Shown: positions 1 through 12,054, numbered from the stretch's first letter. The stretch is 64,000 bases of DNA from Octopus sinensis (GCF_006345805.1 NC_043000.1:111476001-111540000), one strand, 5' to 3'. A program made the numbers and translations. The notes: generated from the sequence alone by a model not told the origin.

Positions 1-149
1 TGGTTGGTGTTAGGAAGGGCATCCAGCTGTAGAAACTCTGCCAGATCAGATTGGAGTCTGGTGCAGCCATCTGGTTCACCAGACCTCAGTCAAATCGTCC
101 AACCCATGCCAGCATGGAAAGCGGACGTTAAATGATGATGATGATGATG
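1..149 (+). mobile_element. SINE-like family C, 3' end
   Basis: ..GCATGGAAAGCGGACGTTAAA(C)GATGATG tail. Confidence 0.8.
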
Positions 150-304
150 TAATCAGTATATTCTCTAAAAAACGGCAAATCTGAAACTGCTTTAGGGAAC
201 CTCAACCCATTTGTGTTAGGTGCAGGTGTGGCTGTGCGGTAAGAAAATTGCTTCCCAACCACATGGCTCTGAGTTCAGTCCCACTGCATGTTACTTTGGG
301 GAAG

Positions 305-618
305 TCATCATCATCATCATCATCATCGTTTAACATCCGTTTTCCATGCTGACATGGGTTGGATGGTTCAACTGGGATCTGGGAAGCCAGGAGGCTGCAT
401 CAGGCTCCAATCTGACCTGGCAATGTTTCTACAGCTGGGGGCCCTTCCTAATGCCAACCACTCCAAGAATGTAGTGGATGCTTTCTACGTGCCACCAGCA
501 CAGGGGCCAGAGGGGACTGCCATTGACCACGATCAGATGGTGCCTTTTATGTGCCACTGGCATGGGATCCAGTCAAGGCAGTGCTGGCATCAGCTACATT
601 CGGATGGTGCTTTTTGTC
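305..618 (-). mobile_element. SINE-like family C, nested in a family A copy (219-680)
   Basis: Splits the family A head from its body. Confidence 0.75.
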
Positions 619-682
619 TTCTACTATAGCTTTGGGTCAACCAATGCCTTGTGAGTGGATTTGGTAGACTGAAACTGAAAAT

Positions 683-1262
683 TCTCTGCTGATGCCTTGA
701 TCTTAGCCATCACACTTTGATCCATTGACTGGAGAGCAATGAAGTTGTTGTATTCTTTTCTCGCATTATCAGAAAATTTATTCAAGTCCATTGGATCGCT
801 TGGCTTGCTATTTTTTCCAAGGAGCCTACAAAGAGCGATGTTTTGTGGGAAATATTATGTTTGGCACTGTACCTCTTTCTACAGCAGAACAAAAACTATT
901 TGGAAACCACTCTTTGTAAAAGTTCTTAGTCATCTATGCTTTCTTCCTTGAAGACTAAATCAAAGGTAAATTAAACTTTGCAGAACCCTTGAAAACCCTT
1001 CTATTTTCAGTGTAAAACACAAGTAGGGACTTTAATTTCATATCACCAGTGGCATTTCCTCCTTAGCGGAAGCATCAGATGATTTTCAGAAGATTTAAAC
1101 CCTAGTGATGATTTTTCTTCTTGAGAAATAAAATGTTCTGGTTGATGTCAGCTTCCAGACAAGTGCCATTTCATCACTGTTGCATATTTGCTCTGATCCC
1201 CAACTCCTTCAGCAATCATTTTGAAATACAATGTGTTAGAGATGTTAATGGGAAGATGTATA
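683..1262 (-). mobile_element. Degenerate pogo/Tigger (DDE_1) transposase fragment
   Basis: Minus-strand ICNSDEMALVWK, GGNATGDMKLK and LQSMDQSVMAKIKA resemble FNxDETGLFWK, NAxGDxKLK and LQPMDQGVI; frameshifted. Confidence 0.8.
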
Positions 1263-1499
1263 TCTAAAATGGTGTAAGCACATTTGTCATTGCTTACTAA
1301 GGGCTTGAGGGTGGGGTGACAGTTTTAAGGGTTTAAAAACATATTGGAGTCAATTCGTTTGACTAAAATCTCTTTATGGTGCTGGCTCAGCATGGTCGCA
1401 ATCTAAAGTTTGAAACTAGTATGGAAGGCTGATGAATGTGGAGAATGCATGAATTAAAACAGGGCTACTTCATTCTGGCTCTACAGAGATACCAGTAAT

Positions 1500-1735
1500 T
1501 CTTATTTCTTTATTGCCCACAAGGGGATAAACATAGAGGGGACAAACAAGGACAGAAAAAGGTATTAAGTCGATTATATCGACCCCAGTGCATAACTGGT
1601 ACTTAATTTATCGACCCCCGAAAGGATGAAAGGCAAAGTCAACCTCGGCAGAATTTGAACTCAGAACATAACGGCAGACGAAATACCACTGAGCATTTTG
1701 CCCGGCATGCTAATGTTTCTGCCAGCTTATTGCCA
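1500..1735 (-). mobile_element. tRNA-derived SINE family B
   Basis: GTTCTGAGTTCAAATTC head; GAGGTTGACTTTGCCTTTCATCC core. Confidence 0.8.
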
Positions 1736-1744
1736 GTAATTCTA

Positions 1745-2730
1745 GTTGACAACAGAATGGTAGATAGAGCAATTAAGGAAATGAAGACAGGGAAAACTAC
1801 TGATTGATGAAGGACAGTTGTTGAGATTAAAGATTGTTTGCCAACATAACATGGCAGTCCTGGTTTAGGACGAATGTTGCTGTAATTTAGCCCTAGGAGA
1901 TATCATCTCCAGCTGCTATACGACATGATCTGTGTCCTTATATTTTCAAACAAGGGAATCTAGCACCCTCACTCAGCTCAAAACATTTGTCTATCACGAT
2001 TTCCACGTTATTTCCCTTAATCAGCACAGAATAATTATTCAGCTAGAGGTGGCGCTGCCAAATTCCTGTTCAAAATATATAGCTTTCAAAGTGACAACTA
2101 GTCACTGATCTATAAATTAGAAAATTATTATTTGTAAATCTCACAGCATGAAAAGAGAAATAACCTGGAAATCGTGATACACAGATGTTTTGAGCTGAGT
2201 GGGGGTGCTAGGTTCCCTTGTTTGAAAATATGACACAGATTGTGTCATATAGCCAGCTGGAGACGATGTCTCATGTGGCTAAATTGCAGCAACATTTGTC
2301 CTAAACCAGGATGCCATGTTATGTTGGCAAACAATCTTTACTCCAAAGTATATGTGATGAGATAAGATACATGACAGCCATGGGAATAGCAGATCGAGTG
2401 ATACAAAAGAGTGCCATATGCAATGACTAGTGTGGCAGTGTCATTAGAAATTGCTACAAGGGTAAAGGATATCCTCTAAAGGGGAGAAATTATAGAGTTA
2501 TGTAAGTTACTGGACCAGACAACAAAGGCCACAGGGAGAGTCACATCTGAACCAATCAGGAAGAAACCTAGTTTAGGTGAAATGCAGTTCAGCTCTATGA
2601 GCGTTGTGTTGAGAAGAGGTACCACATGTGCAAATCTTCTCTGTGAGGAGAAATAATTGGCTCAAAGTAAACCACTACGGCTGGTATTCGTTGTCATGGA
2701 GATGGTCTTTGACAAAGTACCATGTTTTGT
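1745..2730 (+). mobile_element. Old RTE-type RT remnant interrupted by a MITE
   Basis: AIKEMKTGK, CYKGKG, NYR, EMQF and FDKVP remnants with stops and frameshifts. Confidence 0.7.
1831..2337. mobile_element. MITE with ~185-bp TIRs, Kolobok-like ends
   Basis: Arms 1831-2015 and 2158-2337; termini AG..CT; flanks TTAA / TTAC. Confidence 0.7.
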
Positions 2731-2805
2731 AATCAAAAGAAATTAGGTGTACATGAATGATTTGTGAAGGGTGTGTTAACTATATTCGAAGATGCAATCA
2801 TGAAT

Positions 2806-2976
2806 TACGGTATTTTAACGTGTATAAGGAAGCCATTTTTGTCAAAAATTAAGTTTAAAAAATATGGAAGTTTCTTATGCATGGATGGTATTATAATCCC
2901 TTACAAAACTGGGGATTTTTTTTCCAAATTTTAATCCTAAATTTAGGGGGTTCCTTATACACGTTAAACTACGGTA
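2806..2976. mobile_element. Small Tc1/pogo-type MITE
   Basis: AACGTGTATAAGG ... CCTTATACACGTT inverted ends with TAC(C/G)GTA termini. Confidence 0.55.
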
Positions 2977-3022
2977 GTTTTATTTACATAATGATTGAAT
3001 CTCAATTTAATTGAAAGAAAAC

Positions 3023-3179
3023 AAAGAAAAAATGGGACAGAAGATGGGGGGGTGAGTAACGGTTTGCACACCTGAATGGCATGTTATTCCAATTTTTGTG
3101 GAGGAAGTTGGTAGTGGTGGGCCAGAGAACACCTGAGATCTCGGCAGCGACTCGACTCAAGCTGATAGCGGCCGGTCAG
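3023..3179 (+). repeat. Inverted-repeat arm (partner 4538-4696)
   Basis: ~157 bp; 4 substitutions and one 2-nt indel versus the reverse complement of the partner. Confidence 0.9.
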
Positions 3180-3762
3180 GCCCCTAAATTTGTTTATTTA
3201 GTTCATGACTATAAAAAAAAAAAAACGGGTGAAAAAAGTTACAATAAATATTGAAAGAATTTGAGAAATATAGAATGGCCAAAGGGAGATAACTATGGAA
3301 GTATCTGCTGTTGAAGACAGGAGAGAAAACTAGTCGTGTGATAAGAGCAACGAATGGGGCGATACAATGTTTTGTTTAATAGTTGAGTTAGTGTCGTCGT
3401 TTTTGTCTACTATGACCGAGCAGACCTAAGATCGAAATGTATGCCAGCCATGACCATCTCCTCCTGTATATTATATAATTAGTCTTCTATATTATGTCTT
3501 ATCAAGAAGCTCGTTTTGCAGGAATGTGGTTTGGGGTTCGATCCCATTGCATGGCATTTTGGATCAGGTAAAAAAAAAAAAAAAAAAAAAAAACTACCAG
3601 GTCTAAAAAAAAAAGACAAAACACTAAGTGCTGGAGTTGTTTTGTTCGACGAAAACCGTTGAAGCTGGTGCCCCAGCATGGCCACACTCCACTGAATGAA
3701 ACAAATGAAAGATAAAAGATACACTTTTATTAGTTTCTGTTTTTCATCTTCCAATTTTAATC

Positions 3763-4130
3763 TTTTGTTTGTTTCAGTCATTTGACTGCGGCCATGCTGG
3801 AGCACTGCCTTTAGTCGAACAAAACGACCCCAGAACTTATTCTTTGTAAGCCCAGTACTTATTCTATCGGTCTCTTTGCCGAATCGCTAGATTACGGGGG
3901 CATAAACACACCAATATCGGTTGTCAAGCGGTGGACACACACATACACACACACACATATATATATAGATATATACACGACGGGCTTCTTTCACTCTCCG
4001 TCTATCAAATCCACTCGCAAGGCTTTGGTCGGCCAGAGGTTATAGTAGAAGACACTTGCCCTATGTGTCACACAGGGGGACTGAACCTGGAACCATGTGG
4101 TTGGGAAGTGTGGTTGGGTAGTGCGCCTAC
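3763..4130 (-). mobile_element. tRNA-derived SINE family A
   Basis: Head GGTTCAGTCCC, body GTGGATTTGATAGAC, internal microsatellite, tail GACTGAAACAA; partial + copy at 3490-3718. Confidence 0.8.
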
Positions 4131-4150
4131 AAACCTAAAGTAATCCCATA

Positions 4151-4466
4151 AAAAGCACCATTCGAGCGTGATTGTTACCAGCGTCGCCTTACTGGCATTT
4201 GTGCCGGTGAGCAGGTGACACGTAAAAAAAAAAAAAACACGATTTTTCCGTGGCCGTTGCCAGTACCGCCTGACTGGCACGTAAAAGCACCCACTACACT
4301 CTCGGAGTGGTTGGCACTAGGAAGGGCATCCAGCTGTAGAAACTCTGCCAGATCAAGATTGAAGCCTGGTGCAGCCTTCTGGCTTGCCAGTCCTAAGTCA
4401 AATCGACCAACCCATGACAGCATGGAAAGCGGACGTTAAACGATGATGATGATGATGATGATGATA
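4151..4466 (+). mobile_element. SINE-like family C
   Basis: Same 3' end with (GAT)n tail. Confidence 0.8.
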
Positions 4467-4537
4467 CATACATATATACAGGTACTATTCCTTAGTTGGT
4501 TTCTCAGCCTCTAACTCACACAGAAATATCTATCTAT

Positions 4538-4696
4538 CTGACCGGCCGCTATTAGCTTGAGTCGAGTCGCTGTCGAGATCTCAGGTGTTCTCTGGCCCAC
4601 CACTACCAACTTCCTCCACAAAAATTGGAATAACATGCCATTCAGGTGAGCAACCCGTTACTCACCCCCCACCATCTTCTGTCCCATTTTTTCTTT
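4538..4696 (-). repeat. Inverted-repeat arm (partner 3023-3179)
   Basis: Reverse complement of 3023-3179. Confidence 0.9.
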
Positions 4697-4699
4697 CTA

Positions 4700-4762
<63 letters not shown>

Positions 4763-4774
4763 ATGTGTTTCCAC

Positions 4775-4922
4775 ATAGTATCCGTCTACCAAGTCCATTC
4801 ACAAGGCTTTAGTTAGCCCGAGGGCAACACTAGAAGTTATATGTCCAAGGTGCCATGAACTGGGACTGAACCCGGAACCATGTGGCTGGGAAACAAACTG
4901 CTTACCACGCAGCCACGTCCGT
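4775..4922 (-). mobile_element. SINE family A, 5' part
   Basis: CCACATGGTTCCGGGTTCAGTCCC head on -. Confidence 0.75.
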
Positions 4923-5330
4923 GCCAAATAATTATACTTGTTTGGAACTGTGGTGAGTGTAGTGGATCATCTGACCATGTTGAATCCTACCACTGGCTAC
5001 AGAGGTAGAAAATTGCGTGAAAAATATCCGTTATTTTTTTGTTTCAGAAAGTTATGAGGAAACAAAGTCGAGATGAAGGAATACTTCTGTAATTATGCCA
5101 AAGCATATATAAAGCTATAAAGCAATGATGTGAAAGCCATTTAATGGCAGTCTCTCAAGTTTGAAGAAGATCGTTCTGCAATTTATTGCCGAACAACTTG
5201 TGCAGATGATTTGTTTATTGTGATCAAACGTTAGCTGACTCCCCGCCATCAAATCGACGTTGCATGTACATGTATATCATATACCTGATGTCAAAGTTAT
5301 CACATTTTGTAAAAAAATTAAAAAAACACG

Positions 5331-5405
5331 CACCGCCTGGTCCGGGAATCGAACACACAATGTTACAATCGTGAATGGAACATTCCATCTATCGAGCCAC
5401 GTACC
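5331..5405 (-). mobile_element. Degenerate tRNA-derived SINE head
   Basis: A-box-like TGGCTCGATAG, B box GTTCGATTCC; 3' part resembles the head of the 31324-31627 SINE. Confidence 0.5.
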
Positions 5406-5750
5406 TTTAAGTAACAAGGGACATAACTCTGCCTCCCCTATCATCAGACTGTTGTTTATCAACAAAAGATTTTGAGTTTCCTCTTTAAAAACAAATTTCT
5501 TCACAAATTAACTTTTTCCGCCCGATTTTCGCCAAAGCAGCTTCGTTCCTATTTTCACACATGTATATTTGTATATATAAACCTATGTATATATATAACA
5601 ATGTTAAATCCTTTTTATTGTATCGTGTAATATCCACAGGCGCGGAATTTTACGATCTCGTGAACACAAAGCAGGTTCCCGTAATTTGGAGGGGGTAAGA
5701 TTAAATTGGACCTTTTTTTAGGGGTTAGTACCTCTCTCTCACTCACACAC

Positions 5751-5813
<63 letters not shown>

Positions 5814-6824
5814 TGTTTTTATGTCAAATTAAAATAAAAACAATTTTATATTAAACTAAGATTACTCGATACTTTTTGTAGAGTAAATATTTATTATCTT
5901 TAACAAGAATAGTGTTGATAGTGACGTCGAAGTTTCGGCCTGCTTAACTTCACCGGCATATTATGACCTGTCTATTAATGATGGGCGATAAAGTTTCGGT
6001 GGACTTGTCCATAATTTGACATGCATTTCCTGATTAATTCGTTTCTCGTGTATTACGAGTCTTTGGAACTGCAGGGCCAACTGAAGCTGTACGTGGGGTA
6101 GAGTCACTCCACCTGTTAGAAATAGCAGTCAAAATTACCCTTAAATTATACTCTATCGTGTTCGAATAAAATACCTCATTGCATAATGGTTGTAGTTCAA
6201 AATGCAGTTTGTCCGAATAAAAGACCAGGCAACCATAGCTAGAATATCATTTATCAAGGGGTCATTTCCATTCGGGGTTAATAACAACAACATGTGTTGA
6301 GCTGAATGACTGCTAAATAACCTTATTGAAATGGATTTGAGAATTACCTGACCCACCTCAGCCAACTTCGGGTTTTGTTTTTTGTTGTTTGTTTTTATCT
6401 TCTGAAGTTCGGTGTAACCTCTTCTGGGTTGGGCCTTGTCCCCTCTAAGCCGTGAGATCCAGTCTTGTAAACCTATGAAACACTCATTTGTTACACATTA
6501 AACATTAAACCATACCTCTCCCCCGTCGTATACGTTTCTATAGAGCTTTTGTTGTCAACAGCACCTAAAGGTTCACCCATGGTAAGGCGACGAACTGGTA
6601 GAATCGTAAGCTAAGTGGGACAAAAAGCTTAGCGAGATTTCTTCCAGCGCTTTACGTTCTGAGTTCAAATTACGCGAAGGTCGACTTTGCCTTTCAATCT
6701 TTTAAGATTGATAAAATAAAAACCAACGAAGTACTGAGGTCAATGTAATCGATTTGCCCTCCCCTGAAGATTGCTGGCATTGTGTCAAGAATAGAAAGAG
6801 TTAAAAACAATTTTGACCATGGTG

Positions 6825-7025
6825 CATCTTCATCACATATCGTCTGTTTCCCATGCTGGCATGGGAAAGACGTAGTGGAACCGGTAGCCAGAAAGCCGCA
6901 CCAGGCTCCGGTCAGTTTTGACTTGGTTTCTATGACTGGATACCCTTCTCAATGCCAACCACTCCACAGAGTATGCTGGGTGCCTTTCATGTTCCACTGG
7001 CTCGGGTGCCTTTTACATGTTGTCT
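6825..7025 (-). mobile_element. SINE-like family C (diverged)
   Basis: CCATGCTGGCATGGG, TCTCAATGCCAACC. Confidence 0.65.
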
Positions 7026-7531
7026 TACCATTTTCAATTATGAATCTCACGTTTCTCTCTTTGATCAAAGGAAACATACCTGAAGCTTCAGTTTTTTGTT
7101 TAGGATTTCTGGTACCTAAACACCTTCAGGAAGTGGGACAAATTTGTAAGGCCAGGGGGTCACTGCTGCCCAAGGATGTTAGGACTAGGAAAACGAAATA
7201 CCAGGAATTCATCCTTGAGACTCTTCACATGTCAGTTAATAAACTGACTTGGTTACACACACACATGCACACACACAAGCAGATAGACAGGTAGACATGT
7301 TTATTTTTAACATTGGCACAAGAGCACCTGTTTTGAAAGAGAAAGAGAGGGTTTAGCCAATTAACCCCTCCCCTCCACCACCTGGAAGATTAAAAGGGCA
7401 ATGTGGTCTTTAGCAGGATTTGAACTCTGAATGTAAAGTGACATAACTAAATACTACAAAACATTTTTTTTTTTGTCCACCACTCCACCAGTCTGAAATA
7501 AATTTTGAGGAAATTAAATGAAGATCTTTAA

Positions 7532-7556
7532 ATGGCATCTGAAAATTTAAGTCAAG
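7532..7556 (+). CDS. Hydrolase gene, coding exon 1 (MASENLSQ)
   Basis: ATG at 7532; donor AAG|GTAAGA at 7557; phase 1 matches exon 2. A possible acceptor (CCAG) ending at 7491 suggests an upstream UTR exon. Confidence 0.65.
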
Positions 7557-7606
7557 GTAAGAAAGAACACCCACATAAGGTACATCCCAATTTCAGCAGT
7601 GAATAT

Positions 7607-7960
7607 TCATCATCACCACCATCATCATCACCACCATCATCATCATCATCATCATCATCATCATTTAACGTCCATTGTCCATGCTGGCATGGGTTGGACG
7701 GTTTGACCAGGCTGGCATGCTGGAAGTCCACACCAGGCTCCAGTCTGATTCAGCATGGTTTTTCTACAAGTTGATGCCCTTCCTAACACCAACCATTCCA
7801 AGAGTGTAATGCATACTTCTACATGCCACCGACACAAATGCCATTTGCATGAGACCAGGGTGTTTTTACATGCCACCGGCACGGGTGCCATTTGTGTGAC
7901 ACCAGTATCTGCCACGACTGCAATTTTGCTCGGCGTGATGGGTTGTCTTTTCAAGCACAA
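7607..7960 (-). mobile_element. SINE-like family C (intron 1)
   Basis: (CAT)n-TTTAACGTCC..CCATGCTGGCATGGGTTGGACG. Confidence 0.8.
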
Positions 7961-7999
7961 CATAATGCATTCCAAAGAAAAAAAAATCTGTTTAATTCA

Positions 8000-8165
8000 T
8001 TAACCCTTTAACGTTCAAACCAACCATATCAACCCAAATATTCCCTCCATTTTGTGTTCAAACCAGCCAGATCCAGCCTCTCACACCTATCCTACAACAC
8101 CATTCTACAGATAAACAAACACATCATCGATATCTCAAAGCTATGAGATAACCCATGATTAATTC
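8000..8165. mobile_element. piggyBac-like MITE fragment
   Basis: Starts TTAACCCTTT, typical of piggyBac-type termini; the second end was not identified. Confidence 0.35.
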
Positions 8166-8354
8166 CCTGACAGATCTTCTCGTTATGCAAGAGGTGGGTT
8201 TATTTGGTAACTTGCCCTTCCCCAAAGAATATTCAGTGTTAGATAACCCTCACCTCACCCTCAAACTTGCCCTTACATTGTAGTAGCTCCCCTGTCGAAT
8301 GCTGACCTGAAAATTGTCTTAAAACTGCAAAACCCTTTCGTCTTCTCTTTTCAG

Positions 8355-8498
8355 ATTCTCTGCCAGTCTCACCAACTGAAGCACCACCGATCTATATGAA
8401 GCAGTTTGATGATATTATTGTAAACTTTATGAAAGAACAAGGAATCCCAGGGGCTGCTGTGGCCCTAAGTTATAAGGGAGAGCAGATTTACAGACAAG
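8355..8498 (+). CDS. Hydrolase gene, exon 2 (..FDDIIVNFMKEQGIPGAAVALSYKGEQIYRQ)
   Basis: Acceptor tcttctcttttcag; donor AAG|GTCAG; IPGAAVA is typical of the N-terminus of the Beta-lactamase family. Confidence 0.9.
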
Positions 8499-9254
8499 GT
8501 CAGATCATGAGAACATTTTACAAGTAACACACACACACATAAGTTACTTACAAACATACACATATATAACCTACACACATACATATAAGTCAGACACACA
8601 TACATATACATATACATTAGTATTATGATCAGCCGATTGGCTGAATTATTAGAGTCAGTCAAGCATTGTAGAAAGTCCCGCATGGACTTTGTTTTGGCTC
8701 TTTATGTTCTGGGTTCAATTCCTGCCAATGTTAGCTATGCATTTTATCCCTTGGGAGATCAATAAAATAAAGCACCAATTGAGAACTGGTAGGGTAGTGG
8801 AGCAAAACCCTTGAGTAACCCCCTCCGGCTAAAATTGCTGGCCTTGTGCTAAAAATAAAGACTAACAATCTTTATTTTGGTCTTTATTAGAGACTAATGT
8901 CTTTATTCTGGTTGTTATAGCCACAAGGCCTGCAGAGGTTGTTGTGTGGTCAGGTGTGGTCTCCTGCCACTAGGACCATGTAACCTAGTAGAACTTACTG
9001 TTTGATGGCATACAACCAAGGGTGGACTGAGCCATTGGTCAATCAGGCACTGCCCAAGGGCCCGGAACTCTGAATGTTAATTCTACTAAAACATACATTC
9101 AAAAAGACCTGGTAAACAGTTATGCCTGGGGACCCTTAATATTCTCATACAACCCACTTTTTCTCCAAAAGTCTCTCTGAAAATCACACCAGATCCTATA
9201 TGTGAAGTTTGACCTCCCCTAAGCTTTAAGGCACCAAATAATTTTTTCTTGTTT

Positions 9255-9855
9255 ATTATTTACATTATTTACATTTGATGGATATTTGCCCTCATCTTGT
9301 TTCTTGTTAACACGTTTCGGCTGATATACTCTCCAGCCTTCATCATATGTCTTGGGGAAATTTCAAACCTAGGTTCTCATTCCTAGGGTATTTTTCAACG
9401 TTATTATTATTATTATTATTGTTATTATTATTAGACCAAAGACTGCAGTTGTGGTAGGTTATACAAAGGCGAGACATGCCGTCCCCTCAAAATAAGGGTA
9501 GAGTAACATCGTAAAGCTGTGACACGAGATGTTGAAAAATAGGGTATAGCTGATCATGTATGGAAAAATGGAGACCACCTCCCTCTGTGGGATGAAGTTA
9601 AAATAATAGACAGAGAACACCACTGGAAAATACGAAAACTAAAAGAAGCAGCACATATGCTAGGACACGACAACCACCTAAGCAGACCGAGTGCAGATAT
9701 GAGTAGCATATGGGAACCGGTATTAAGGAAGGATACAAAAATGTTGGGTTTATATGCCCTAAAATTCACTCTGTAATTGCCCACGGACATATGGTGTAGT
9801 GGTTAAGAGCGTGGGCTACTAGCCCCAAGATTCCGAGTTTGATTCCAAGCAGTGA

Positions 9856-9890
<35 letters not shown>

Positions 9891-10050
9891 TTAATAATGA
9901 TGTCAAAAAATAACTTAGGAATGAGAATCCTGGTTCGAAATTTCCCCAAATCACCTGAAACATTGTGTTAACGACAAACAAGATGAGGACAAATATCCGT
10001 CAAATATAAATATTGTAAATAATGTACATAATTCCTCATCTCTTAAATAT
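9255..10050 (+). mobile_element. Penelope-like fragment in intron 2: inverted pLTR, GIY-YIG remnant, tRNA-like head, pLTR
   Basis: CSCGRLYKGETCRPLKIRVE..IADHVW..RKLKEAAHM at 9445-9735; 9255-9430 is an inverted copy of 9860-10050. Confidence 0.8.
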
Positions 10051-10279
10051 AGAACTGTAATTTTTTCTTGAATATGCTCTGCTGAAATTGAGGTGCGTCT
10101 AATGCACCTGTATGTCTTTGATGCCATCAGATATGGTGTTGCAGGATTTGGGGGCTGGCTAATAATTAAACTATAGTTATTCCACAAAATTAAAAACGAA
10201 CCCTTTAAGAGGACAGATGAATCATTAGGGCCATTTTGTTACGTTTTTTGAAATTTTAAAAATATTTGTAATATTCCAG

Positions 10280-10429
10280 GTTATGGAATGGCAAGCCTCG
10301 ACCGAAAGGTCCACCCAGATTCTGTGTTCCGTATAGCAAGTATTAGTAAAACTTTAACAGCCATTGGCATTCTGGTTCTTTGGCAGCAAAAGAAGCTGGA
10401 ATTGTCTGCCAAAGTCTTTGGACCAAAAG
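10280..10429 (+). CDS. Hydrolase gene, exon 3 with catalytic SxxK (FRIASISKTLTA)
   Basis: Acceptor atattccag; donor AAG|GTAAGT; S-I-S-K encoded at 10339-10350. Confidence 0.93.
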
Positions 10430-10489
10430 GTAAGTCAGAATTGTGAAATACTCACTGATTGTTTTGTTTTTAATATTTTTCTTTTGTTA

Positions 10490-10700
10490 AGGTGGTGGAA
10501 CTGGCAGAAACGTTAGCATGTCGGGCGAAATACTTAGCGGTATTTCATCTGTTTTTACGTTCTGAGTTCAAATTCCACTGAGGTTGACTTTGCCTTTCAT
10601 CTTTTTGGGGTTGATAAATTAAGTACCAGTTGCATACTGGGGTCAATCTAATGGACTGCCCCACCTTCCCCAAAATTTCAGGCCTTGTGCCTAGAGTAGA
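10490..10700 (+). mobile_element. SINE family B (intron 3)
   Basis: GGCAGAAACGTTAGCATG..GTTCTGAGTTCAAATTCC; diverged copies also at 6580-6795, 8640-8850 and 16640-16785. Confidence 0.8.
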
Positions 10701-10884
10701 AAACGATATTTTTCTTTCGTCTTTTGTCTTTTACTTGTTTCAGTCATGGGACTGTGACCCTGCTGGGGCACTGCCTTCAATATTTAGTCAAATGAATTGA
10801 CTCCAGTACTTATTTTTTAAGCCTGGTATTTATCACACACACACACACACACACACAAATCATGCTTATCTGACTAGAGTCGGT

Positions 10885-11070
10885 GCCACACATGAAAAAA
10901 GCTGCCAGTCCACTTTGCAAAGTGGTTGGCATTAGGAAGGACATCATCCAGCCATAAAGACCATGCTAAACAGACATCAGGAATCAGCACAGCTCCCTGT
11001 GGGTTGTTGGTTCCTGTCAAACTGCCAAACCCATGCCAGAATGGGAAAAGGGACATTAAATGATGATGAT
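10885..11070 (+). mobile_element. SINE-like family C (diverged, intron 3)
   Basis: GTGGTTGGCATTAGGAAGG..CATTAAATGATGATG. Confidence 0.65.
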
Positions 11071-11104
11071 ATCTCTTTGTATTTATGTTTATATGTATCT
11101 ATGC

Positions 11105-11140
<36 letters not shown>

Positions 11141-11142
<2 letters not shown>

Positions 11143-11320
11143 TCATCATCATATCGTCCGCTTTCCATGCTAGCATGGGTTGGACAATTTTGACTGAGGA
11201 CTGGTGAACCAGATGGCTGCACCAGGCTCCAACCTTGATCTGGCAGAGTTTCTACAGCTGGATGCCCTTCCTAACGGCAACCGCTCCGAGAATGTAGTGA
11301 GTGCTTTTTTCGTGCCACAT
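11141..11320 (-). mobile_element. SINE-like family C (intron 3)
   Basis: (CAT)n..GTCCGCTTTCCATGCTAGCATGGG. Confidence 0.8.
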
Positions 11321-11324
11321 ACAT

Positions 11325-12001
11325 ATATGAGAGGTCAAAAATTATCCACATTTCTACCATAATATATCTTTATTATTGTTACACTGCCTTCAGCACATGC
11401 ATGCTTACAGTTGGTACTATTATAGTCATGTGACTGAAGTTTGAACCTGATTGCTCTATCTTTCTTTCTGGCTTTACAGTGTAAGCATGGCCGCTCCATT
11501 AGCAATGTGCAGCAAAGAAGAACAAAGAGCAGTGATGTGAGAGAGATGGTAATGGTGAAACGGTTCACCATTTACCATCTCTCAAGCTTGCTGAATCTTC
11601 TCGTCAGTGGTGGAGGTGGACGGGCGTCCTGCTCCCTCTTCGTGCACATTACGCTTGTCCGGCCACTTTTAAACTTCTCACTCCACTCATACACACTTCC
11701 ACACGGTAGTGTACTGTCCCTGTATTTGTACTAAAAGCCTCCTTTGAATTTCAGCACCTGACACACCTTCCGACCAGAGGAATCAGATCACTTCTCTTTG
11801 TTCTTCTTTGGTGCACGTTGCTATTGGAGCAGCCAGGCTTTACACTGTAAAGCCAGAAAGAAAAATGGCGTGATCACGCTCAAACTTCAGTCACATGACC
11901 ACAATAGTACCAACTGTAAGCATGCATGCGCTGAAGGCAGAGTGACAATAATAAAGATATGTTATGGTGAAAGTGCGGATAATTTTTGACTTCCCCTTGT
12001 A
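11325..12001. mobile_element. Fold-back mariner derivative (two 5' ends head to head)
   Basis: Arms 11334-11536 and 11787-11990; central palindrome 11541-11583; the minus strand encodes a mariner N-terminus (TKEEQR..FLWSEGVSGAEI..KFKSGRTS..GAGRPSTSTTDEKI). Confidence 0.85.
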
Positions 12002-12002
12002 T

Positions 12003-12046
<44 letters not shown>

Positions 12047-12054
<8 letters not shown>

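Noticed and set aside
5500-5700. Promoter and 5' UTR exon of the hydrolase gene (CpG-containing motifs, GTAAGA donor at 5695)
   Set aside because: Plausible but unsupported; the segment also resembles a hAT-type MITE end.
6782-7294. 170-aa + strand ORF
   Set aside because: It overlaps a family C SINE, has no recognisable domain and has no splice partners.
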